A stretch of 64,000 bases of DNA, taken from contig CP158635.1 in the NCBI GenBank assembly GCA_050273025.1, positions 12,958,001 to 13,022,000 of the forward strand, written 5' to 3'. The position numbers were made by a program, and so were the translations under genes. Origin of the DNA: Cenococcum geophilum. Lineage: Eukaryota. The notes beneath the pieces were generated by a model that ran no database searches, was not told the DNA's origin, and worked only from the letters and a program-made list of their open reading frames with translations. This document shows, piece by piece, positions 1 to 10,900 of the stretch (position 1 is its first letter; each line of letters begins with the position of its first letter).

Positions 1-3000
1 CTTAAGGAGAAAATAGCTAGCCTATTTAGGCTTACAGCTAGATATATAAAGTAGACGGCTTATCTAGCCTAAAACCCTACCCCTAACTCCTTCCTTTATA
101 AAAGAAATCAGCATTATAATAGAAAATCTTATACGGCCCTAGATTAATACTATTTACTAGGCCGATGCTATGCGTAGGGACTAGGCCTTTAAGAAAGATA
201 TATAGCTTAATCCGTAACGGATCTATATACTACGCCGCCCCTAGACTACCTATATTACGCTACCCGTATTAAAGACCTAGGAAGTTAATAATAACCTAGA
301 AAAGCCCCCTATAGAGAGCTTAGGCCCTATACAGCTATAAAGAATAGTAAGGAATATTAAACGCTATACTAAACTAATAGACCGGAGGGATAACTTGCGG
401 AAGATGGAATAGAAGCTAAGAAAGATTATAAACCTTAGACTGTAAAATATAGTCCGGTAAATAGCTGTAAGGAAACCTACGGACCTCCTACTAGTTAATA
501 TCTGCTATATTAGCGCCGTAGGATTCTACTAGAACTTGGTTTAGCCTAATACTATTACTTTTACGACTAGCTTATACGAAATTAACTAGATACTTAAGGA
601 AAAGGAAAGCGAGCTTAGCGGATAGGAAAGTAAGCTTATAGATAAGGAGCTAGTAGAATAGAAACTACCCCATTAATACTAAAAGTTTAAGGATATATTC
701 TCTAAGGCAGTATCTAATATACTTCTACCGCATTAACTATACAACCACAAGATTGAGATTAAGTTAGATAAGGAAAACGCCTTTAGCTATACCCCCCTCT
801 ATAAACAATCTATTACCGAGTTATAGGCTACTAAGCAGTACCTTGTTAATAACCTAGTAAAGGGGTTTATTAAGCCTAGCCAGGCCCCTTTTACCTCCCC
901 TATTCTCTTTGCAAAAAAGCTAAATAAAGGACTTTGTCTCTGCATTAACTACCATAAGCTTAATAATATAACCCGTAAAGACCGTTATCCGCTACCCCTA
1001 CTTAATAAGACACTAGCCCAAATTAATAGAGCTAAGGTATTTATAAAGCTCGATATCCGTTAAGCTTTTTACTAAATTAAAATAGACCCTAGATCTATAG
1101 ATCTTACTATATTTCGGATTTAATATAAATTATATAAATATAAAGTACTTCCTTTTAGACTGACTAATGGACCGGCTACGTACCAACAATATATAAACGA
1201 TATACTCTTTAACTACCTTAACGACTTCTATACGGCCTACCTGGATAATATTATAATTTACTCTAAGAACGAGTTAGAATACAAGGAGCACGTCTATAAA
1301 GTCTTATAATAACTCTATAAAGCTAGCCTCTAGGCCGATATTAAGAAGTTAGAATTTAGTATAAAGTGTATAAAGTACCTAGGGTTTATTATTAGTATAG
1401 ACGGAATTAAGGCTAACCTAGAAAAGACGGCCGTAATTAATTAATGGGAACCACTACGGACTATAAAAGGGATATAGTTATTCTTAGGCTTCTATAACTT
1501 CTACTAACGCTTTATTAAGAACTATAGTAGAATTACTTAGCCCCTTAGCCGCCTTACTATAAAGGACTAGCCCTTTTACTTTAACACCGTATATAAGTAG
1601 GCTTTTAATAAGCTTAAGAAAAGACTGGTCTCCGCTCCCTTACTCGCCTACTTTAACCTAGAACGGCCCTTAATGCTAGAAACAGATGCCTTAGATAGTG
1701 TTATTGCTAGCATTTATTCCTAGAAGTAGATGGACGGAGAATAGCACCCTATTGCTTACTATTTAAAGACTATAATAGATGCTGAGCTAAACTACCCAAT
1801 CTATAATAAAGAAATGTTAGCTATTATTTCTAACTTTTAGCACTGGCGAGTATAGCTAAAAGGGATCCCTAAGCTTATCTAGGTAGTTTCGGATTATAAG
1901 GCCCTAGAATACTTTATAATAACTAAGGCCTTTACGGCCCAGTAAGCGCGCTAGGTAGACGTTCTATTCTAGTTTAACTTCCTAATTATATATAGGCTAG
2001 GCGCTATAAACCGTACGGACGCTTTTATAAGACGTAAACAGGACCTAAATAACTAAATAGCCGCGAAGATCTTATTATAGACCTAGACGCTACTATAACC
2101 AGAGCACCTTAACCCTTAGATATAGGAAGAACTAAGTACTAAATCTTTAAGCGCTAAGATATATCCTATTAACCCTACGGAATTCGACCTTATTAATAAA
2201 TTACTGTAAGTAAACTATATAGACCCTTCTCTATAGGAATACCGCAAAAAGGCAAAGGATATTACTAGCCTATAGTCCCTTAAAAATGGACTACTTAAGC
2301 ACTAAGAATGGCTAGTAGTAGTAAAGGAACGGAATTTATAAACCTGGCTTATTACCAAAGCATATACCTAGGTCTCTACGGCCCACCCTAGAAAAAATAA
2401 GACCTATAAGATTATTAGTAACCGTTACTACTGGCCCGGAATAGTTATAGATATTAACCGTTACGTACGGAACTGCAACAACTGCCGTAGGTTTACAATT
2501 CTACAAGATAAGACCCTAGGACTATTAAAACCTTTCCTAATACCCGACCGCCCCTAGTAGTATATCTCTATAGACCGCAACGGATATAATATAGTTATAA
2601 TTTTAGTTAACCGCTTTAGTAAGCGCCTGTTTTTAATCCCCTGTTATAAGAATATTAATACTAAGGAGGCGGCCTAACTATATATCTACTACGTCTACCG
2701 CATTTATGGACTACTAGATACTATAGTATCTAATTATAGCCCGCAATTTATATCGGCCTTTTAGAATAAGTTTACCTAGATCCTAGGTATTAGGCTAAAG
2801 CTCTCTATAGTATACTACCCCTAAATAGACGGCCAGGCGGAGATTATAAATTAATATTTAGATTAGAGACTCTAGCCTTTTGTTAACTACTTCTAGGATA
2901 ACTAGGGTAAACTATTACCCCTAATAGATTACGCCTAGGCAACCCTACCCTATAACTTTACGGGATTTACACCTATTTAACTAGAAATAGGGTATTTACC

Positions 3001-3370
3001 CTAAATAAGCTTTAACTAGGATAGACCAGAAGGACTACGGACTATACGTAAGAAACTGTCTTATAAGGAAGCCTAGTAGTACGCTAAGTGCTTAGAGGAA
3101 GCCTAGATAGTAGCCCATACAAATCTAAAAAAGGCCTAGAAATTAATAGTATAATAGGTAAATAAGTATAGGCGCGAATCTAACTTTACCGTAGGCGATA
3201 TAGTTTAGGTTATAATAAAGAACTAAAAAACGGAACGGCCTAGCTATAAGCTAGACTATTAGATGGCGGGACTATATAAGGTCCTTAAGAAGATAGGTAA
3301 CTTGTATAAAGTAAAGCTCCCAGATTTAATTAAGGTTTACCCTATTTTCTCGCTAGATAAGCTATAGAAA

Positions 3371-3563
3371 TGTCATAAAACAAGGGCAGTGGCTATAGAG
3401 CGTATGTATTTAAAGAGTCTATAAGACGTTACGCGATCAATTATAAGGGTCGAGGGCGTAAGGAGGTAATATACCTACGCGTAGCTAATATAAGCTGTAC
3501 GTAAGGTATATGCGAGAGTACGGGGCTCTCCTATAGAGGCCCCTGCGGTAGGGTTCCGTAATA
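3371..3563 (-). repeat. 3' LTR of Gypsy B
   Basis: Direct repeat of 13657-13849; differences are transitions; TG...TA (RIP of CA) termini. Confidence 0.95.
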
Positions 3564-3610
3564 TTACCCCCCCTTCTATAGAGGCGGAGCTCCGGCGACG
3601 CTATAGTTAC

Positions 3611-4247
3611 TATATACATAATTTTTTTTTTATATATATATCCAATTGTATTATACTACGTACAATACTACGCATGCAGCCTCTAGGCTATGGCGCTATA
3701 GTCCTATATACATAAATCCTTCCTAGGCAGCTTAACATATACTAGTAACTAAGTGGACACTCTAGTCCGTTTTAAATGCTAGGGGAGTTTTGTCCTGGTA
3801 TTTTGCTCTCTAATATTTAGTTTGCACTAAGGAAATAAAGAAATCCTGGCTCTTTTATCTATTTCTGCTGTATTCTGCCGTTCCTAGAGTAGAAAAAGCG
3901 CTCTAAAAGATAGATTTAGTAACATTTGCATATAAAAACAAAGGGCTCTATATAGTTTGCCAGCTTAGAGACAACTACCAGTTATTCCTATACGACTTTT
4001 TTCGGTAATATAACCTATTCTTCTCCTTGCTTAAGAATAGGTAGGGAATTAGTAATTAATAGCTACTCTCCCTAAAAGTAGGCTACTAATAGTATTTTAG
4101 AAGGGCGAACCTTGCTACATAAACCCACCCTAGTAGGAAAAATTTTCACAAGGTTGTCTGTATAGGGTATAAATACCAATTCCCCTATACACCTTATATT
4201 TTACGTGCTAATGGTAACACAGGCCAGCCCCCTTCCCCTATCCCCTA
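3611..4247 (-). mobile_element. SINE-like non-autonomous retroelement with a LINE-derived 3' tail
   Basis: Poly-T tract at ~3622-3631 (poly-A on minus). 3635-3750 is the reverse complement of the LINE 3' end at ~45685-45795. Flanked by TSD CTATAGTTAC (3601-3610) / CTATAGCTAC (4248-4257). The remainder does not visibly match the LINE. Confidence 0.75.
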
Positions 4248-4364
4248 CTATAGCTACCCTAGCAGTGCATCGTCTGCGGTGCGCCTGCGGTACGCCTGTG
4301 GTACGCCTTCGGTCCTCTATAGTTTGATTGCCTATAGCGCGACAGCCGTAGACTGGTTATAGTA

Positions 4365-5150
4365 GAGGTCGTCTGCAGCACGATGGCTGTAGACTGGATG
4401 TAGGAGGTCGTCTGCTCTGCAGCAGACAGGTTGTAGGAGAGGTCGTCTGCTCTGCAGCAGACGGGTTGTGGAAGAGGTCGTCTGCTCTGCAGCAGACGGG
4501 TTGTGGAGGAGGTCGTCTGCTCTGCAGCAGACGGATTGTAGAAGAGGTCGTCTGCTCTGCAGCAGACGGGTTATAGAGGAGGTCGTCTGCTCTGCAGCAG
4601 ACAGGTTGTAGTGGAATCGTTGGTTGTGGTGGCTGGTCGTCTGCTCTATGGCAGACGGGTTGAGGAGGAGGTCGTCTGCTCTGCAGCAGACAGGTTGTAG
4701 TGGAATCGTTGGTTGTGGTGGCTGGTCGTCTGCTCTATGGCAGACGGGTTGAGGAGGAGGTCGTCTGCTCTGCAGCAGACAGGTTGTAGTGGAATCGTTG
4801 GTTGTGGTGGCTGGTCGTCTGCTCTATGGCAGACGGGTTGAGGAGGAGGTCGTCTGCTCTGCAGCAGACAGGTTGTAGTGGAATCGTTGGTTGTGGTGGC
4901 TGGTCGTCTGCTCTATGGCAGACGGGTTGAGGAGGAGGTCGTCTGCTCTGCAGCAGACAGGTTGTAGTGGAATCGTTGGTTGTGGTGGCTGGTCGTCTGC
5001 TCTATGGCAGACGGGTTGAGGAGGAGGTCGTCCGCTCTGTGGCAGACGGGTTGTAGAGGAGGTCGTCCGCTCTGTGGCAGACGGGTTGTAGAGGAGGTCG
5101 TCCGCTCTGTGGCAGACGGGTTGAGGAGGTCGTCCGCTCTGTGGCAGACT
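4365..5150. repeat. GC-rich tandem array: 35-bp units plus five identical 89-bp higher-order units, each with a GTCTGC-N6-GCAGAC inverted repeat
   Basis: 35-bp units at 4441, 4476, 4511, 4546, 5026, 5061, 5096; 89-bp units at 4581, 4670, 4759, 4848, 4937. Lies in the 3' non-coding region of Gypsy B. Confidence 0.95.
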
Positions 5151-5387
5151 GGTGGTGGTGGCTAGCGTCGTGATGACGCGTCCTCAGGGGGTATATAACC
5201 AGCGGCGCCCCTGAGGCGACGGACGGAGGTCGAAAGGGAGGCGACGGACTATATACATATAAAAGGGACACTTAAGGTATAGAAAAGAAGAAAGGGGGGT
5301 ATCGCTAAAGGCTTAAAACAATATTATATAATAGGGCTTAGCATCTAAAAATCCAACTAATTAGATAACTTTAACCGCCGGTTAAAG

Positions 5388-7682
5388 TGTAAGGCAGTAT
5401 TGCTAGGGTATACGGTAGGGAGCAGGCAAGCCGAGCATAAATCATATAGGGAGTCGATGGAAGAGGACGATATGGTAATAAGGGTAGGTAATAGCCTAAG
5501 TACAGAGACGAACCGATAAGGAGGGAAGGGCTATAAGCCTAAGGTGCTTATAAGGAGGTGCTAAGGGCTAGCCGAAGGCTAGCCTTAGCGACCCCTAAAA
5601 GCCCCTAGGCGATACAGCCGAGTAAGGGACTAAAAGTACCCTTATATTGCCCCCCCCCTTAGTTAGGGCTGGCCCCTAGCCCGTATCCTAATAGATTAAT
5701 TCTATATATAGAAAGGTAAGTAGTGTAGAAGCCTTGCTTATATAGGGGAATAAAGAAATAGGGGAAAAGGACTAGCTAAGCAGCCTTAATAAAAACCTTA
5801 ACCTATAGCTAAAACCTAGTGGGAAAAAGGGCCTATTTTAGGTAGGAAAAGAGCGTCTGCTAGGGTAAGACTTAATTATATACAAACAGTCTTAAAGATA
5901 ATCGCCTACGATTAAGTCTTAACAGCTCTATAGCTGACAGCCAGATAATCTTTACTTAGAGCCGGCTTAATCGCAAAAATATCCATTATATTCCCCCCCC
6001 TTCTTGCGGTTAGCCCCCTCTATTACCTTACGGTAGCGGGAGATTATAGAGGGCTCGTCCCGGAAGGGGTTCGGAGAGATATCGGGTCTTATAAGCTTTT
6101 AAAGTAAGCTAGAGCTCTTAGAGCAACTAAAGCTTTGTAGAGATAATCGCGTAGGATCTTTAAGCTACTACCATTCTCTTAAGTAAACTATAGCTCTTAA
6201 GTAAACTATAGCTCTTAATATAAGCTAGAGCTCTTAGAGCAACCAAAGCTTTATAGGGATAATCGCGTAGAATCTTTAAGCTGCTACTATTCTCTTAGGC
6301 AAGCTATAGCTCTTAATACAGGCTAGAGCTTCTTAGAGCGACTAAAGCCTTATAGGAAGATAATCGCGTACGATCTTTAAGCTGCTGCCATATCTTTTAG
6401 GCAAGCTGTAGCTCTAAGAGATAATCGCCCTACGATTAGGTCTCGGCAGCCCTATAGCTAACAGCCAAAGAGTCTCTAGGTCGATTACGTAGGATCTTTA
6501 AGCCGCCGCCATTCTCTTAGGCAAGCTGTAGCTCTTAATGCAAGCTAGAGCTCTTAAAGCGACCAAAGTCTTATAGAAAGATAATCACGTACGATCTTTA
6601 AGCCATAGCTCTTAAAGCAAGTAGTAGCTTATGAGATTATATAGGATCTCTAAGCTAAAGCTCTTAAGGTAAGCCGTAGCTTAATGAGAGACAACCGCCT
6701 ACGGTTTAATCTCAGCAGCCCTTTAGCTGATTAGGTAGTCGCCCTTAGTTGCATTTAATCTGGAAGCGTATAGTAGTAGCTATAGCTTTAAAAACTAGCC
6801 GTTAGTTCTTTAGGTGACTATTAAATAGCAATTAGATAGCCTCTAGGGTAGCTATATCTCTTTAAGGACGTTTAACCTTCTAATCTCTATTAGTGGGACC
6901 TCTGTAGTGAGTGAACCGCGGTTAGCTATAGAGTATGCAAGCTTAATCGCGTAAGATCCCCCTTAACTCCTGCTAAAAAGCTTTCGGATAGCAATTAAAT
7001 CGCCTTTAGGTCGCCGTTGGAGCAGAGCTATACCGCTGCACTGTTAATTGTATGCGGGTATACTAATCGCGTTAAGAGATGATCGCGTACGATCTAGATA
7101 GCCCCGACCCTTGGCCAGGTGGCTACCATCTCCCTTATCTCCTAATCCATATCTACTACCGTAAGCGGGTGCGATCTGCTAAACGTCTTGCTAGTATAGC
7201 TGCTTTATAGCATACGCGATCGTCCTAGGTAAAGGTAGAGGACCTAATCCGTATTCTAACACTATTATGCGGATGCGATCTGCTAGGCGTCTGCTAGTAT
7301 ACCTACTATGTCGCAGTGAACGCGATCGTCCTAGGTAAAAATAGAGGATTGTGAAATTACTTAAGGGCGCAGCCCTCGGCTTACTGCAGGCTACCACCCA
7401 TAAGGGTGTAGGATCGGTTTAAATGTAAGGCAGTATTACTAGGGTATACAGTAGGGAGCAGGTAAGCCGAGCATAAGTCACATAGGGAGTCGATGGAAGA
7501 GGACGATATAGTAATAAGGGTAGGTAATAGCCTAAGTACAGAGACGAACCGATAAGGAGGGAAGGGCTGCAAGCTTAAGGTGCTTATAAGGAGGTGCCAA
7601 GGGCTAGCCGAAGGCTAGCCTTAGCGACCCCTAAGAGCCCCTAGGCGATGCAGCCGAGTAAGGGACCAAAAGTACCCTTATA
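5388..7682 (-). mobile_element. Non-autonomous LTR element C (TRIM/LARD-like, 2.3 kb)
   Basis: 259-bp LTRs at 5388-5646 and 7424-7682 (TGTAAG...CTTATA), perfect TSD TAAAG, PPT (C-run at ~5650-5658). The interior has no recognisable gag/pol and consists largely of degenerate ~100-bp repeats (GATAATCGCGTAGGATCTTTAAGCT..., ~6080-6720). Confidence 0.9.
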
Positions 7683-7796
7683 TAAAGTTCCTAGACATTT
7701 TAACAATATTCTAGTTATATAATCGCACTTTACCGTAATCTAACGGCAATTTGCCCTTACGTAGTAATGTATAACGGTTTAACTCTATAAGGGCTC

Positions 7797-7979
7797 TGTT
7801 ACGGCACCGTAACAAATCTAGTTAGGGGGCTCTCGCTTAAGCCTTGGCATATGTATATAGACGTGTCCTTTTCCACCTTCTGCTCCTTATCTTGATATCC
7901 GGGTCAATAGACTACCAATTGTACAGGCTTGCATACGTTCTACGGCGCTCGTGCCTCGATTGACTGAGTCGCTGTGACA
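7797..7979 (+). mobile_element. Solo LTR (183 bp) inserted at the end of B pol
   Basis: TGTTAC...GTGACA termini and perfect TSD GGCTC (7792-7796, 7980-7984). Shares a 3' motif with the LTR of A. Confidence 0.9.
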
Positions 7980-10900
7980 GGCTCCTATAGAGGATTAGGT
8001 ATAAAATCTCTACTTAGGCCTAGTTTATATAGGTTTGTATAATAAAAGTCGTTAATTAAATCCTTTGCATTTTTAAGGTCTTCCCATAGTTACTATTCTA
8101 GCTAATTTATATTAAATCCTATATATATAGCTCTATAGTAAAGCCGTCGTCCTCTACCTTTGCCAAAGTATTTAAAGTTAATAATTTATTTAACGGTCCA
8201 CTCCTTATAGTTCTCATCTTCGTTCTTATCTCAGATTAGTACTAGTAGGGGTTTAGGCTATATCTGCCCTAGTAAGGGGTTAGGCTAATAGAGGTGTAAT
8301 AGCTATAGGTAAAATATAGGCTATATCCTACGGGTAGCTAGAGTAGGCGGGAGTTCTAGCTTATATACGGCTCCCCTATTAATAACTCGTTTAATTAAAT
8401 AGGGGCTAAGGTTCTTATAATTAAGTGACTTTATAGGCCTCTATATAGAGATATTATATATATCTAGCTATACCTAGTCGCCAACACGTATCTCTAGTGA
8501 TGGCGTTCTATAACAGTTAGCAAAGTAGGCCTACTTTGCTTAAGCCTAGGCCATTTCTCCCTTATAGTAGTCGAGTAGATTTTTTATACAGTCTGCATAC
8601 TAGTTAGTAAGTAGTATCTTAAGGCGTTTTCTATATAGCAGTTTCTTATTAATAGGTTCTGGTGGCTTTATGCCAGATTAGGGGTAATAACCCTTATTCG
8701 CGAAGAACGGGGTAAGTCCTATAGTAGTTAAGATATAGTTATTCGCTATAAATTTACCTAGTAGGAGGTAATCTACCTAGTTATCTTAACTATAGGCGAC
8801 TACCTATTATACGTACGCTTTTATACTGGCATTAGCGTTTTCCGGTTACCTAGTAGTTTTATAGTAGAAGGATATAGACATCTTAATAGAGATGCTAAGG
8901 CGTTAGCAGATTCGTCTCTATATATCAGAGTAAAATTATATACCTCGGTTAGACGTAATTAAGTTAGGTAACCTATATAGTTAGTAAACTTCGCGAAGAA
9001 AGGCGTTAGTAATATCGCTAACGGCTATACCTTTAGTTAGGACGTAGTGGCGCTCTTTTATAAGTCGGCATATTATTATAAGGATGTTCTTATAGGTATG
9101 GCCGTGTTATTTATAGGGTAGTAGGTTAACAATGAAATCTATAGCAATATCTGCCTATCGTCGTATAGGTACTAGTAGAGGGTATAGTAGTCCTTAGTAC
9201 TTTATATTAAAGGCCTTAGCGCGCTTATAACTATAGTAGGCGCCTATAAAGTATTTAACTAAGTTTATCATTTTTGGCCAAAAGTAGTATCGGCTAAGAA
9301 GCTTGTAGGTTCCTCCTTTGCCTAGGTAGCCGCTTAATTAGAGGTTATAGGCCATTTAGATTAGTTGCCGTTATAGATTTTTTAAGTTAGGGATAAATAG
9401 GCGGCCTCTATAATAGATCCTGTTCTCTTTTACTTTTAAGGCTGCTATATTAATCTAGCCTAAGCTTTAGAGGTTAGTAGGTAGCGTACGGGCGCTAGCG
9501 GTCTTTACGGCAATAAGTTAATATAGTAATAGGTTAATAGAGGTGTTATATACCGTGGTAATAAGCTTATTAATTTTAGGAGGTAACTTTAGTTCTATAG
9601 TATAAAGCTAAGATATAGTTAGCTCTATTATAGGTAGTATACCTAGGGCTAAATTTCGTACTTTTAGGATCGTCTGTTGTTAAAACTAATTATAAGGGTT
9701 ATTTTTAAACTAAGGAAGGCCTTACGAGCGGCGTGTTAGGTTATTAGGTTTAGCACCTTATACTCCTAGTCTATATACAATTTTAAAGTTAAAACTAGAG
9801 AGGAACTCATTCTAGCGTATTTAGCGTTAGTTTAGCTGCTTTATAGTTATAAAGTATTTAAGATTGCAATGGTCCGTAAGGACTTTAGTTAGCTAATTAG
9901 GTTCTACTAAGGAGAGTTCTAGTTAGAATTCCTTAAACGCTTATATAATTATAAGAAGTTCCTTATTATAGATCTTATATTTATACTCTTATAGTATAAG
10001 CTTAGATAAGTAGAATATAACTAGGTAAAGAAGGCCGTTATCACCTATTTAAAAGAGGACGCCTGCGTTAACATGGTCTGAGGAGTTAGTTTTAAGGTAG
10101 AGTTGTTATCCTAGTATAAAGTAAGCTAGGATAGGTGCTTTAGTAAAAGCGGTTTTAAGGTCTTAGAACGCCTTTTTATATTTAGGCGTCTAGGTAAAAT
10201 ATAGGTGCGTTTTTCTTCCTTTTATAGAAAGGCCCTTTGTTTATATTATTGCTATAAGTAGTGCTACTACGCCTAAAAAGTTGTATATAAATTTCTAATA
10301 GAAGTTGGCGAAACTAAGGAAGGCTTATACGTCCTTAATGCAGTTAGGGGCTTACTATTTGGTAATTATATATACTTTCTTAGGGTCCATATGGACACCC
10401 TTAGTAATAATAATTAGTTTAAGGTATTTTACTTCTATAACTAAGAATTTATACTTCTTTAAATTAATATAAAGTCCTACGTTCCTAAGGCGCTCTAGGA
10501 CTTTTTAAATATACTTAGTATGCTTAAAAGGGTTATTACTATAGATAAGTATATTATCCAGGTACGCAGAGTAGAAGTCATTAAGGTAGTCCTATAAGGC
10601 GTTATTAATATAGCTTTAGAAGGTGCCTGGGCCGTTATATACGCTAAAGGGTATAATAGTATATTTAAATTGGCCAAAGCGTAATACGAATACGGTTTTC
10701 CATTTATCACCTTCCCGTATTTAGAGATGGTTAAAGGCGGCGATAATATTAAGCTTAGTATAGATTTTGGCTTAACTAAGCCACTCTAAAGTCTTATATA
10801 TAAGCGGTACGGGGTATTAGTTCTTAATTATAATAGCATTAAGTCCTCTATAGTTAATATAGAATTAAATACCTCCTTCTAGCTTCTTAGTAAGAAGGAT

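Noticed and set aside
4100..4247. tRNA- or 5S-derived head for the SINE-like element
   Set aside because: No convincing A/B boxes or cloverleaf could be read by eye.
4365..5150. CRISPR-like look (palindromic repeats with short spacers)
   Set aside because: The spacers are themselves repeated and near-identical, there are no cas genes, and the context is a eukaryotic retrotransposon.
4980..5271. ORFs 4980-5165 (+) and 5002-5271 (-)
   Set aside because: By-products of a GC-rich repeat whose period is not a multiple of 3.
7191..7572. Two short minus ORFs
   Set aside because: They overlap the LTR and leader of non-coding element C and show no protein motifs.
10495..10710. 71-aa ORF as a standalone gene
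   Set aside because: It lies within the degenerate RT of Gypsy B and is largely out of the RT frame.
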